From UHGV virus genome UHGV-0141727: DNA of 64,000 nt; one strand, 5' to 3'. The stretch is from a virus. Positions 1 to 8,494 of this stretch are shown piece after piece. The translations under genes and the position numbers were made by a program. The first letter of the stretch is position 1; the number at the start of each line of letters is the position of its first letter. A model generated the notes under the pieces. The model had not been told where the DNA came from. It worked only from the letters and a program-made list of their open reading frames with translations, and did no database searches.

Positions 1-1
1 C

Positions 2-115
2 GGAGAGTTTTTCGATATTGTCCGCAATGGTGATGAATTTTTCGAAACACAGAGTCGCAATGTAACCGACTGGATGCGGCTACCGGAACCGCCGCAGGAG
101 GTTAACCGTGGCTAA
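2..115 (+). CDS. 3' end of a gene running off the left edge (product unknown)
   Basis: Open frame from window edge to a stop near 113-115; followed by a 9-bp inverted repeat (about 138-170). Confidence 0.2.
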   Translation, partial: GEFFDIVRNGDEFFETQSRNVTDWMRLPEPPQEVNRG

Positions 116-291
116 CCTGCAACTTATCCTCAAAGGTGAAAAGATTTGAGGATTCGCATCATTAATAACACCGACAAGCATCCGGAAGATTATTTGGATT
201 GCTCGTTAGCAGAGCGCGTGGAATTGATATAAGAAAATCTCCGCACATCGGCAACACACAGCTAAATATGTTCGCAATAAAGGGTAAATCA

Positions 292-693
292 ATGGCTAAA
301 TTTCGGAGAACTATTATTTTTCTGGCAATGTTATCTGCCTGCCATTTATCACATGCATCGGTTATTGTTGCAACCGCCGCAACAACGGCAGCAATTAGCG
401 CCTCAGCCGCAAGCGAGCAGGAGCAACGCACTGCAATCAATGCATCCGCAAATACTACCACTGTAGCAGTCACGCAAGATAAGCCAAATATAGGCTTTGT
501 TACTTGCGGAAAACGGCATGGAGAGACGGTCGGTTCTCTTGGTTGCGCAGTGTGGCATGACGAACGAGCAGAAATTCCGTGGAAATCATGGCCTGGTTAC
601 ATTCTTGGCGAAAAGATACCCACCAGCTATGAAGTAAATGCTATTTCGTTCGATCAATATAACAGAGTCGCAACGGTCTACTTTTCTTATTAA
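292..693 (+). CDS. secreted hypothetical protein (N-terminal signal peptide)
   Basis: Internal start MAKFRRTIIFLAMLSACHLSHA is signal-peptide-like; purine-rich stretch upstream of the ATG. Confidence 0.4.
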   Translation: MAKFRRTIIFLAMLSACHLSHASVIVATAATTAAISASAASEQEQRTAINASANTTTVAVTQDKPNIGFVTCGKRHGETVGSLGCAVWHDERAEIPWKSWPGYILGEKIPTSYEVNAISFDQYNRVATVYFSY

Positions 694-705
694 CACGGAG
701 TGATT

Positions 706-999
706 ATGTGGCGCGGTAATAATCATGGCAGAAGCCATATGATACTTACCGAATATAAGCTAGACCACAAAACCAATAAATCGCGCTCAGTATATTTGCT
801 CCGGCACAATAGCCGCGTAAGGAATACCGTGCTGGAGCAAAATCTGACCGTTGAAATGGATAATTTCGGGAATTTCAGGCCAACAATATCGCTTGATGAT
901 TTCCCACGTGGTTTAAGCGAAAGAGAAGCAATGCTGAAATTAGCAGAATGGCTACAAAGATTGAGTATTGTTATTGAAGATAACTGGAGTCAACCATAA
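706..999 (+). CDS. hypothetical protein
   Basis: ORF with GGAG 7 nt upstream of ATG at 706; stop overlaps the next start (TAATG). Confidence 0.3.
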   Translation: MWRGNNHGRSHMILTEYKLDHKTNKSRSVYLLRHNSRVRNTVLEQNLTVEMDNFGNFRPTISLDDFPRGLSEREAMLKLAEWLQRLSIVIEDNWSQP

Positions 1000-1172
1000 T
1001 GAAAAACAGAAAGAAATTTTGGATTACTTTTTTGTTTGTATGCCTTTGCGGTTCATTTGTTTTGTTGGCTGGTGGTGTTGAATGGGGAACGATGGGATGT
1101 GGAGTTGGGAGTGGCTTTACGCTTCTTGCAGCCTGGGTTATCGCTGGCGTTCAGTCTGGAGGAGGGTATTAC
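999..1172 (+). CDS. small hydrophobic membrane protein (57 aa)
   Basis: Not in the ORF track (<60 aa); ATG overlaps the previous stop; translation MKNRKKFWITFLFVCLCGSFVLLAGG... is TM-like. Confidence 0.3.
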
Positions 1173-1195
1173 TAAGTAATTTTATTACCCCCTTC

Positions 1196-1251
1196 ATAAC
1201 GGATATCACTCTCGTGATAACGGATATTCCAATTTTGATAACGGATAAAGC
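1196..1251. promoter_or_regulatory. three direct repeats of ATAACGGATA spaced about 20 bp, just upstream of the 1255 ORF
   Basis: cATAACGGATAtcac / gATAACGGATAttcc / gATAACGGATAaagc at 1197, 1217, 1238. Confidence 0.4.
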
Positions 1252-1254
1252 CAA

Positions 1255-1464
1255 ATGAGGCATTTTTTAAGGCTGGTATTGGTTCTGGCGCTATTTGCTC
1301 CTCCGGCTGCGATGGCTGGAGAACAGCAACATTGCACAAAAGAGAATGAACACCCTTTCATCGTTATTCAATGTGATGACGGAACGGTGACAGTAGTTAA
1401 TGTAAGGGATAAACGTGCAGCCGTATGCCGTAAAGGCGAACCATGCAAGGAAATAAAACTATGA
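1255..1464 (+). CDS. small secreted protein (69 aa, signal peptide, 4 Cys)
   Basis: MRHFLRLVLVLALFAPPAAMA signal-like N-terminus; stop overlaps next start (ATGA). Confidence 0.4.
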   Translation: MRHFLRLVLVLALFAPPAAMAGEQQHCTKENEHPFIVIQCDDGTVTVVNVRDKRAAVCRKGEPCKEIKL

Positions 1465-2258
1465 CTAAAATCACTAAATTTCGCATATCAGAGATTATTG
1501 CACGCATCGAAATGTATGGACACGGCGCTGGATACACGGCAGATGAGGTATTGGAGCTTGCCCAAATAGCGTTAGCAACCTGCAAAGACGGTGAGAGTAT
1601 AAAGCTGATTGACTTGTTGGTGCTGGAGCTGCCAAAGCGTGGAGGGTGGCCTGATGATGTGCTCGATTGTCGCATGGTTAGAGAGGACTGCTGTGAACCA
1701 TCATATGGTTTCTTTGCTTTTGGCTCTGATCCAGCGAAAAGCCCGCGTGGGCGCAATTTTTGCCTTGAGGTCAGGCTTCCGATAAGTAACCTTGATCGCG
1801 AGGAATACACGGAAATAATTTCGCGCAAACAATACGAAGAGGCTCTTGAAGCATCCAATAAGTTAAATTTTGAGCAATGGCTGGGGCAACAACGCGAAAA
1901 AATCGACCTGGACTGCGGTTGTGTGTCTACTGAAACATTCATGCACTGGCTGCGGGTAGCCTATGAATCTGGCAACCGTCTGGATACTCATCCACAAGAG
2001 GTGCCGAAGCCAAGAGTAAGCACAACTCTGGAAAGGAGCTATCTTGAAACTGCATTAAAGATTAAGGCAGGCCATACGCTAGGCGTCATTGATGCCATGT
2101 TGGTTCATGAAATGGCGAAGGCTTTACTACCAGAAATTCCCGCGAATACGCCTACGCAAGTTCTGGCGCTAATGAACAAACACAATCTGCCCAGGGAAGC
2201 ATTCTGGTGCTTTGACCATGAACAGTGGAGATACTCATGCTATGAATGCCGGTATTAA
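1461..2258 (+). CDS. hypothetical protein (265 aa)
   Basis: In-frame ATG at 1461 overlapping the previous stop; long ORF with no recognised motif. Confidence 0.4.
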   Translation: MTKITKFRISEIIARIEMYGHGAGYTADEVLELAQIALATCKDGESIKLIDLLVLELPKRGGWPDDVLDCRMVREDCCEPSYGFFAFGSDPAKSPRGRNFCLEVRLPISNLDREEYTEIISRKQYEEALEASNKLNFEQWLGQQREKIDLDCGCVSTETFMHWLRVAYESGNRLDTHPQEVPKPRVSTTLERSYLETALKIKAGHTLGVIDAMLVHEMAKALLPEIPANTPTQVLALMNKHNLPREAFWCFDHEQWRYSCYECRY

Positions 2259-2697
2259 TGATGACTGGTGAGCTTGTAGTTCTGGCTACCCGCAGTACCC
2301 CTGGTTACTACAAATCATTGTAGTGGGTGGCATTTAACGAAATCGATCACCCTATCCTGAACTTCAGAAAGAAGGGCTTTTTCACGCGTCAGGACGTCAG
2401 GATATTGACGTTCTGGCCTTACCAGATGCCGGAGCTTCCCATTAAGCAGAATGGCCTCAGAAAACACTTTTACGCTGTGCTTTATCCCCTCTGTTTCACT
2501 TTTCAGCGTCAAAATAAAGCGCAATTGCTTATTAGCCTGATTCAGATTCAATACACGAATTTGCAGTTCGTCTATGCTGTTTCGCAATGGGATTGATGCC
2601 ACCACACTGGTGCAGTCTCTGATTGTCTGAATTGAACGGCTAACATTGAGAACGTTATTGTGCATGTGCCTGATCCACTAACTCCGGGAGGTTTCTT

Positions 2698-2949
2698 GTG
2701 TCAGATCGAAATATAGCAGCTAAAAGCCAGGAAGAGCGAGACAAGGTGAACGTAGACCTTGCCGCCAGCGGCGTTGCTTACAAAGAACGACTGAATATAC
2801 CGGTGATTGCAGAGCAGGTGGCCCGTGAGCAACCGGAAAACCTGCGCGCCTATTTCATGGAACGGCTACGGCACTACCGGCAGTTAAGCCTCCAGTTGCC
2901 AAAAGGGAGCGATCCGGTGTATCAGAACGAGGATGCACCAAAAAAATAA
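2698..2949 (+). CDS. hypothetical protein (83 aa)
   Basis: GGGAGG upstream of the ORF start at 2698. Confidence 0.3.
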   Translation: MSDRNIAAKSQEERDKVNVDLAASGVAYKERLNIPVIAEQVAREQPENLRAYFMERLRHYRQLSLQLPKGSDPVYQNEDAPKK

Positions 2950-2974
2950 CGGCAAGATGGGGGAGACATTAAAC

Positions 2975-3325
2975 ATGCTTAACTATCACGACAACACGCG
3001 TTCTATGCAGACAATCCGCACCAATACAGCGGTGGTTGATAGCTTTCCTGTACATACCCAAGGCCGTGAAGATACCGTGGAAGTGCGACGCATGTTGTGT
3101 CGCCGGTCACCAGGCCACCAGCACTTCATCGTAACGTTTAAAAGCGATGTAGAGCGCGCCGAGAAAATCTCTAACTCCACATCTCTGGTTAAGCCGTTGG
3201 CGGAGGTTATTGTGCGCAACAATAAGGCGCGCTTTGTCCTTGAGGAGCATCATTCTGATTTTAATGAAAAAATCGAGTCAAGCATTTTGCAATATATGAA
3301 TGGCACGTTCACGCCACCAATGTGA
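2975..3325 (+). CDS. hypothetical protein
   Basis: Internal ATG at 2975 preceded by GGGGGAG; ORF track gives 2933 as the longest start. Confidence 0.3.
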   Translation: MLNYHDNTRSMQTIRTNTAVVDSFPVHTQGREDTVEVRRMLCRRSPGHQHFIVTFKSDVERAEKISNSTSLVKPLAEVIVRNNKARFVLEEHHSDFNEKIESSILQYMNGTFTPPM

Positions 3326-3388
3326 TTAGCCCCCAGCGTGGCGCGCGTACAAACCCCGCTTTCACAAACTATGCCTTTTCAATGTATA

Positions 3389-3404
3389 CTGTATGAATAA
3401 ACAG
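3389..3404. promoter_or_regulatory. LexA (SOS) box CTGT-N8-ACAG upstream of humD
   Basis: tactgtatgaataaacagta matches the LexA consensus; 20 bp upstream of the humD start. Confidence 0.7.
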
Positions 3405-3424
3405 TATTATTGAGGTAAAACGCT

Positions 3425-3814
3425 ATGGGCTTCCCTTCTCCTGCGGCGGATTATGCAGAGAGCCGTATTTCTCTTGATCAGCAACTAATCAGACATCCTT
3501 CAGCAACCTACTTCATGCGGGCGGCAGACAGCCATCACCGTGAGGGAATATTGCAAGGTGCTTTGCTGGTGGTTGATTCCTCACTTACTCCGGTTGATGG
3601 TTCACTGCTTATATGCGCTATGGAGGGGGAATATCGCGTAAAAAGATACCGGAAGTATCCGCGCCAGCACCTGGAGGATTTAAGAACCGGGAAGAAAGAG
3701 GCGTTACCAGTAGATGACGATGGATACACGGGCAGTAATGCTGTTTTTGGTGTGATCACTCATGTCATCAATGATGCCCGAAGTGGGGAATTTGATGATT
3801 GTCCGGTGATTTAA
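3425..3814 (+). CDS. humD: UmuD'-like S24 peptidase / SOS mutagenesis protein (P1 HumD-type)
   Basis: 129 aa, LexA/UmuD-like C-terminal peptidase fold by pattern; LexA box immediately upstream; P1 has humD next to phd-doc. Confidence 0.8.
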   Translation: MGFPSPAADYAESRISLDQQLIRHPSATYFMRAADSHHREGILQGALLVVDSSLTPVDGSLLICAMEGEYRVKRYRKYPRQHLEDLRTGKKEALPVDDDGYTGSNAVFGVITHVINDARSGEFDDCPVI

Positions 3815-3856
3815 GCTGCAAAGTGCTGGTGCTTTATGCCTGTGAAGTTTATAGTT

Positions 3857-3880
3857 GTGTACACATAACGAGTACACGAG
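3857..3880. promoter_or_regulatory. palindromic GTGTACAC-type elements in the phd promoter region (putative Phd/Doc operator)
   Basis: tgTGTACAca and gaGTACACgag immediately upstream of the phd start. Confidence 0.4.
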
Positions 3881-3886
3881 GTGTTT

Positions 3887-4108
3887 ATGCAATCCATTAA
3901 CTTCCGTACCGCGCGCGGCAACCTTTCTGAAGTGCTCAACAATGTTGAAGCCGGGGAAGAGGTTGAAATCACCCGCAGAGGCCGTGAGCCAGCAGTAATT
4001 GTCAACAAGGCTACTTTTGAAGCCTACAAAAAAGCGGCGCTGGATGCCGAATTTGCATCCCTGTTTGACACTCTGGACTCCACCAACAAGGAACTGGTTA
4101 ACCGATAA
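3887..4108 (+). CDS. phd: Phd antitoxin
   Basis: 73-aa product [39 protein letters not shown]... matches P1 Phd as I recall it; stop overlaps the doc start. Confidence 0.95.
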
Positions 4109-4488
4109 TGAGGCATATATCACCGGAAGAACTTATTGCGCTTCATGATGCGAATATAAGCCGCTACGGCGGCCTGCCGGGAATGTCAGATCCGGGTAGG
4201 GCAGAGGCCATTATCGGGAGAGTTCAGGCCAGAGTTGCCTACGAAGAGATCACCGACCTTTTCGAAGTCTCCGCAACCTACCTGGTGGCTACTGCGAGAG
4301 GGCATATATTCAATGATGCCAATAAGCGTACCGCGCTAAACAGTGCGCTGCTATTTCTACGCCGTAACGGCATACAGGTATATGATTCTCCCGTGCTGGT
4401 GGAACTTGCGGTGGGGGCTGCAACTGGTGAAATCCCCGTATCTTCAGTAGCGGAAAAACTACGTGAACTATATGGTTCCAATATTTGA
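4108..4488 (+). CDS. doc: Doc toxin (Fic-fold kinase)
   Basis: 126 aa, [25 protein letters not shown]...; translationally coupled to phd. Confidence 0.95.
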
Positions 4489-4491
4489 AAA

Positions 4492-4517
4492 GAAGCCCGC
4501 TCAACCAGGCGGGCTTC
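4492..4517. terminator. hairpin between convergent doc (+) and the 4524 gene (-)
   Basis: GAAGCCCGC-tcaaccag-GCGGGCTTC; T-rich flank on the minus strand. Confidence 0.55.
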
Positions 4518-4523
4518 CTACTA

Positions 4524-5630
4524 TCACTCAATGATTTTTTCTGCTGTCAGCCAGCTAATTTCTTGCCTGTCTTTCGGCGGTTTTAGCATGTGGGCGTATT
4601 CAGCAACATTCTCCCACGGAATTGTTTTTGCCCACTCAACGATAGCATTGTGATCTGCAGTGAAGAGTGGAATGGTGTGCGATTTCAACCACTCCAATGT
4701 TGTAACGCCATGTTTTTTGGCGTGGTGCTGTGCATGATGCCGGGCTATCACTCGTAATGGCATTATCCATTCACTACCATCAGGCATCGAAAAGCGCATT
4801 GTCTTCGGCATATCTGATTCAAGAACAGCCTCCCTAATACCAGGAAACTCACCAAGAACCATACGACGGTAGTAATCGCTGTTTTTACCACCATATATTT
4901 CTGCAATGTTATCAAGATAACCTTGAGAAATAATGGGGGTATCTTCGGCGTTCAGCTTGATGGCTGTATAAATACCACATGGATTTTCTTCTGATTTAGC
5001 ACGACCATGATGGGAATCGTAAAAGTGTCCATGCTCCTCCTCTGAAGGAGCGGACATTAAAAGTATACGTGAATCGTCACTTACTAACGATGCTCTTAAC
5101 ATGCTGAATAGCCGATCGCCAGCAAGAGCCGCCTCCGTAACAATGATTAAAAGATGTTCAGCATAATATCCACCGAAACCTTCCTCATAATTTCGGTGAT
5201 ATGGCTTAATTTCGCAGCCCCAATATTCCCGGTAACGATGATTGATGCCGTTTCCATCGACTTTAAAATATTCTCTCAGCAATGGGATTCTGTTACTGAC
5301 TCTATCCCAATACGTACTTATGTATTGGATAACTTGCCTGCGACAATTATAGAACTTTGGGGAAACAATAACCGTTTTAGACTCAGGCATCAGGATTGTA
5401 TAAAGAATACTAATTATAGCGATAACCGTCTTTTGGCCTATCCCTTCAGGAGTGGTGACGCTGACTGCTGAACCTTTTTGTTGAATCGCCTCAACAATTA
5501 GCTTTTGCTGGTGGGTTAACTTAACACCCATCAACTCTTCTGCTGCTAATGCCCAGTCATGGCTATATTTGCTTACCAGCTCTCTCCACTCTGGTAATTC
5601 GGTGATGTTTTTAGGCGTCAGCATCAGCAT
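4524..5630 (-). CDS. terminase large-subunit (PacB-like) N-terminal ATPase-domain paralog, Walker motifs degenerate, no nuclease domain
   Basis: Aligns by eye to the N-terminal half of the 10979-12487 product (HQQKLIVEAIQQKG.. vs HQQQQIIQSVQETG..; AEHLLIIVTEAA vs AEHLLLILDEAS; YDSHHGRAKSEENP vs YESHHSRAKAEGNP); Walker A is PEGIGQKT in place of GHGTGKS. Confidence 0.6.
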   Translation of the reverse strand: MLMLTPKNITELPEWRELVSKYSHDWALAAEELMGVKLTHQQKLIVEAIQQKGSAVSVTTPEGIGQKTVIAIISILYTILMPESKTVIVSPKFYNCRRQVIQYISTYWDRVSNRIPLLREYFKVDGNGINHRYREYWGCEIKPYHRNYEEGFGGYYAEHLLIIVTEAALAGDRLFSMLRASLVSDDSRILLMSAPSEEEHGHFYDSHHGRAKSEENPCGIYTAIKLNAEDTPIISQGYLDNIAEIYGGKNSDYYRRMVLGEFPGIREAVLESDMPKTMRFSMPDGSEWIMPLRVIARHHAQHHAKKHGVTTLEWLKSHTIPLFTADHNAIVEWAKTIPWENVAEYAHMLKPPKDRQEISWLTAEKIIE

Positions 5631-6417
5631 CCTCCGCTACCTCTGCCTCCACATCTGCCGCGACTTCATCGGACTGTTCTTCTTTGGCCTGTTCTGCAAT
5701 CGCCGCACGGCATTTCGCCCTGGCTGTAGCGATGGCCTCAACTTTCACGTCATTAGGAATACTTGAGGTGACATACATATCCAGTTCTTCAGCACGGAAT
5801 ACTGTTTTGTCCAGGAATTCATCAAGCATCCAGGTTAAGGAAAAGTCGCAGGAAATCAGCTCTACTTCGCCTTCCGCGCCGTTTGGGAAATGGATAAACA
5901 TCTGCTTGCCCAGGCCAAGCACGCGACAAGCTGCCATCATTACTGCAAGTTCCAGGTCTTTGTTTTCACCTGCTACTGGTTGATCCACACCAGTAATAGT
6001 GCCGTTCAAATGGATATTATATGGCTGATATTTAGAGATGCGTTCTACACGCCATGTGCCGGTTAAGGTTCCCTGGCGGAAGATTATTGGCGTGACCGAA
6101 AGCGACAGCTCTCGAATGAGTTGTTGTGCTATGGCTGGGTCATACAGGGGATCTAACGCGATGCATCCATAAGACTGCGCCAGTTCAAACAATTCTTCCT
6201 GTGTGCACTGAATGCCTCTTGCCGTAATAAAACGTCTGACTCCCGTTTTTCCGTCACGCCAGATAGCAATGCCATTCTCACTATCTAACTCTTCGTCTAA
6301 GCCCAGGTATGTAAGGATGGTTCGCTCAATGGTGGCAAAGGGCAGGGACATATCATCGTTTACATCCACCAGCAGGCCGTTACGCAGGCGATATTGAATG
6401 TTTTTGGTATTTTCCAC
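5611..6417 (-). CDS. hypothetical protein with strongly acidic C-terminal tail
   Basis: 268 aa ending ...EEQSDEVAADVEAEVAEDADADA; co-directional and overlapping with flanking genes. Confidence 0.5.
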   Translation of the reverse strand: MENTKNIQYRLRNGLLVDVNDDMSLPFATIERTILTYLGLDEELDSENGIAIWRDGKTGVRRFITARGIQCTQEELFELAQSYGCIALDPLYDPAIAQQLIRELSLSVTPIIFRQGTLTGTWRVERISKYQPYNIHLNGTITGVDQPVAGENKDLELAVMMAACRVLGLGKQMFIHFPNGAEGEVELISCDFSLTWMLDEFLDKTVFRAEELDMYVTSSIPNDVKVEAIATARAKCRAAIAEQAKEEQSDEVAADVEAEVAEDADADA

Positions 6418-6423
6418 GTTAAA

Positions 6424-7086
6424 TCACTCCACAACAAACCAGTCACAGGCCAGCAGGTCGCCAACTGAAGGCACCCACGGAACAACTACACCTTGTGCAT
6501 TTTTTAAGGCGAAATAAGCACCATACGGAACGAAGTCGCCGGGGAAATATCCCTTAATGGCTTCCATTCGTGCCGGGTACTGTCCTTCAGGAACCAGCCA
6601 GCAGAATTGGTTTTCGCCGTTCCACCCGCGTCGAGCAACTTTCTTGCCATCCTTCAGCCACATCAGCGCGTCAGAAAAGTCGGCTGCTTCAAGGTCGATT
6701 TCTTCTTGTAGAGTAGCGATACCGCCAGCAGAAATAGTTACGTCCCTGGCTGTAATGAATGTCACCCCATTGTGACCTTCAATGCTGAGCAATGTCCCAT
6801 TTTCGAAGGCGTCGTTAACCCGGCTATAGCATTTTTCAAATGCTTTCTCTGGCACATAGACCAGATAGCCATTTTCAGCAGTGACGAGATATCCTCCTAT
6901 TTGCGGGCGGAATTTTTCCAAGAACACACCATCAACACGAAGCGTCATTCCTTTTGGCTCAACGACTTCGATACTGCCAAAAATGGGCGCATAATCTTCG
7001 CCGACAATAACAATATCTTTGATTTTCGATGCCCGAATGATGCTGTGGCATTTGTATTTGGGGAACACCTGAAAAGTGCTGACCAT
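6424..7086 (-). CDS. protein with C-terminal DUF2829-like domain (Tad2-like candidate)
   Basis: C-terminus ALMWLKDGKKVARRGWNG...DLLACDWFVVE resembles the DUF2829 hallmark as I recall it; about 130-aa N-terminal extension. Confidence 0.45.
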   Translation of the reverse strand: MVSTFQVFPKYKCHSIIRASKIKDIVIVGEDYAPIFGSIEVVEPKGMTLRVDGVFLEKFRPQIGGYLVTAENGYLVYVPEKAFEKCYSRVNDAFENGTLLSIEGHNGVTFITARDVTISAGGIATLQEEIDLEAADFSDALMWLKDGKKVARRGWNGENQFCWLVPEGQYPARMEAIKGYFPGDFVPYGAYFALKNAQGVVVPWVPSVGDLLACDWFVVE

Positions 7087-7100
7087 AATCCTTCCTCTAC

Positions 7101-7595
7101 TTAAAACTTTTCGTACTGAAGCGGTGTACGCTTGATTTCAACGCGGCCTTCCGATGTGCTACCAAAGCCACCAGCACCTCGCTCTGTTTCATCGAGTTCA
7201 TCAACTTCTACCAGCGATACCGGTTCAACACGCTCAAAAATGCCTTGCATGACCGCCATTCCAGGCTTGAGGCAAACACCTTCACCACCGGGATCTGTAA
7301 TCAGTTTTGCCATGATTTCACCGCGATAATCGGCGTCGATAATTCCTACGCAGTTAGCCAGGCGCGTATGCTTTTTGCAGCCCAATCCGGAACGAGGATA
7401 AAGTTTCAGACACCAGCCAGGAGGGATCGCCATAGCGAGGCCGGTATGCACCCACCAGCTTGAGGAAATAGCGCCGTTGCTATCGATACCAGGCGTTATT
7501 TCAACAGCAACAAAATCCATCGCCGCCGATCCGGCGGTGGCGTAAACGGGGAGTTTTGCCGCCGGATGAAGGCGTTTCACTTTCACGTTAATCAT
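7101..7595 (-). CDS. dut: dUTP diphosphatase (trimeric dUTPase)
   Basis: Motifs GIIDADYRGEI and RGAGGFGSTS. Confidence 0.9.
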   Translation of the reverse strand: MINVKVKRLHPAAKLPVYATAGSAAMDFVAVEITPGIDSNGAISSSWWVHTGLAMAIPPGWCLKLYPRSGLGCKKHTRLANCVGIIDADYRGEIMAKLITDPGGEGVCLKPGMAVMQGIFERVEPVSLVEVDELDETERGAGGFGSTSEGRVEIKRTPLQYEKF

Positions 7596-8080
7596 TGCTT
7601 TTTAGCTCTCCGGGTAAATGTATAAATCCGGCGTTTGATATGCGGAGCGGTCGGAACGGAGACGCAGGTATTCTCGATAACACCTTGTTCCTCCAGCGAT
7701 CGCACAGCACGCAAGAACTGTGATGCATCGCCACCGCCAGACAGCCAGAATTTGCGGGCATAGACGCTGCCATTACGGATAATTTCTGCGATCACCCGCG
7801 CTTGCGTCTGGCTTTCTCGATAGCCAAAGAGTTCTCTTGCCTCTCCTTGTGGGATAGCCAACTGGTAGCCTTTCCCGCTACGGTGACGGACAAAACCGTG
7901 AGCAATGAGGTTCTTCAGCTCATTTCGGGTGCGGATACACCCGTACTCAGGGAACTGTGTGTTGATATCACCAGGCTTATGCCATTCATCAGGACTATCA
8001 GCCAGGAGGGACAGAAGTTTCCCTGACAGCTCAGGATTAGTGGTTGGATAGCAGTTCAGGGATGGGTAGTAAGTTTTCAT
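7592..8080 (-). CDS. hypothetical protein (162 aa)
   Basis: ORF overlapping dut start and upstream gene stop by 4 nt. Confidence 0.45.
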   Translation of the reverse strand: MKTYYPSLNCYPTTNPELSGKLLSLLADSPDEWHKPGDINTQFPEYGCIRTRNELKNLIAHGFVRHRSGKGYQLAIPQGEARELFGYRESQTQARVIAEIIRNGSVYARKFWLSGGGDASQFLRAVRSLEEQGVIENTCVSVPTAPHIKRRIYTFTRRAKKQ

Positions 8081-8421
8081 TTGCGCCCCCTTGCCGGATA
8101 GCGCCCGGCATTTGCATCAGGGGCAATGAAGCCGCTGGTGGGGCGAGTGAAAACATGGTTAATTTTCTCGGTCATAGCGCGATAATTTTCCTGATAGTGG
8201 GCCAGGAGTTTTTCAGCAGCAATGACGGTTACTTTCCGGACGTAGCGTTCAGCTTCCTCCAGATTTCGCCAGTTTTTTTCGAGGGTAAACACGGGAACGG
8301 CATCAAGTCCGGTCATAACACCGAACACCACGACCGCCTGGTCGCGCTTAACGCCCGCAGTGAAGGTTATGGTGTAACCGTCAACAGTGAAGCGTTTTGA
8401 TTCCGTAATACGATTGTGCAA
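8077..8421 (-). CDS. hypothetical protein (first gene of the cre-downstream operon, TTG start as called)
   Basis: 4-nt overlap with the next gene; preceded by a 10-bp inverted repeat at 8421-8450. Confidence 0.4.
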   Translation of the reverse strand: MHNRITESKRFTVDGYTITFTAGVKRDQAVVVFGVMTGLDAVPVFTLEKNWRNLEEAERYVRKVTVIAAEKLLAHYQENYRAMTEKINHVFTRPTSGFIAPDANAGRYPARGRK

Positions 8422-8450
8422 AGTACCCTCCGCAATAGGCGAGGGTACTT
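8421..8450. promoter_or_regulatory. perfect 10-bp inverted repeat (AAGTACCCTC / GAGGGTACTT) between cre and the downstream operon
   Basis: Stem-loop directly 5' of the 8421 start; no U-tract. Confidence 0.4.
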
Positions 8451-8476
8451 TACATTAAAATGCACTGTCTAAAAAG

Positions 8477-8494
8477 ATTGTTAGAAAATTAATT
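8477..8494. promoter_or_regulatory. operator-like motif attgTTAGAAAATTAAtt
   Basis: One of at least 10 dispersed copies of the TTAGAAAAtTAA family. Confidence 0.45.

Noticed and set aside
2315-2665. 116-aa minus-strand ORF between plus-strand genes
   Set aside because: Weak RBS and antisense to the surrounding plus-strand block; the region also contains a palindrome (CTACAAATCATTGTAG) consistent with a terminator. Left uncalled, not excluded.
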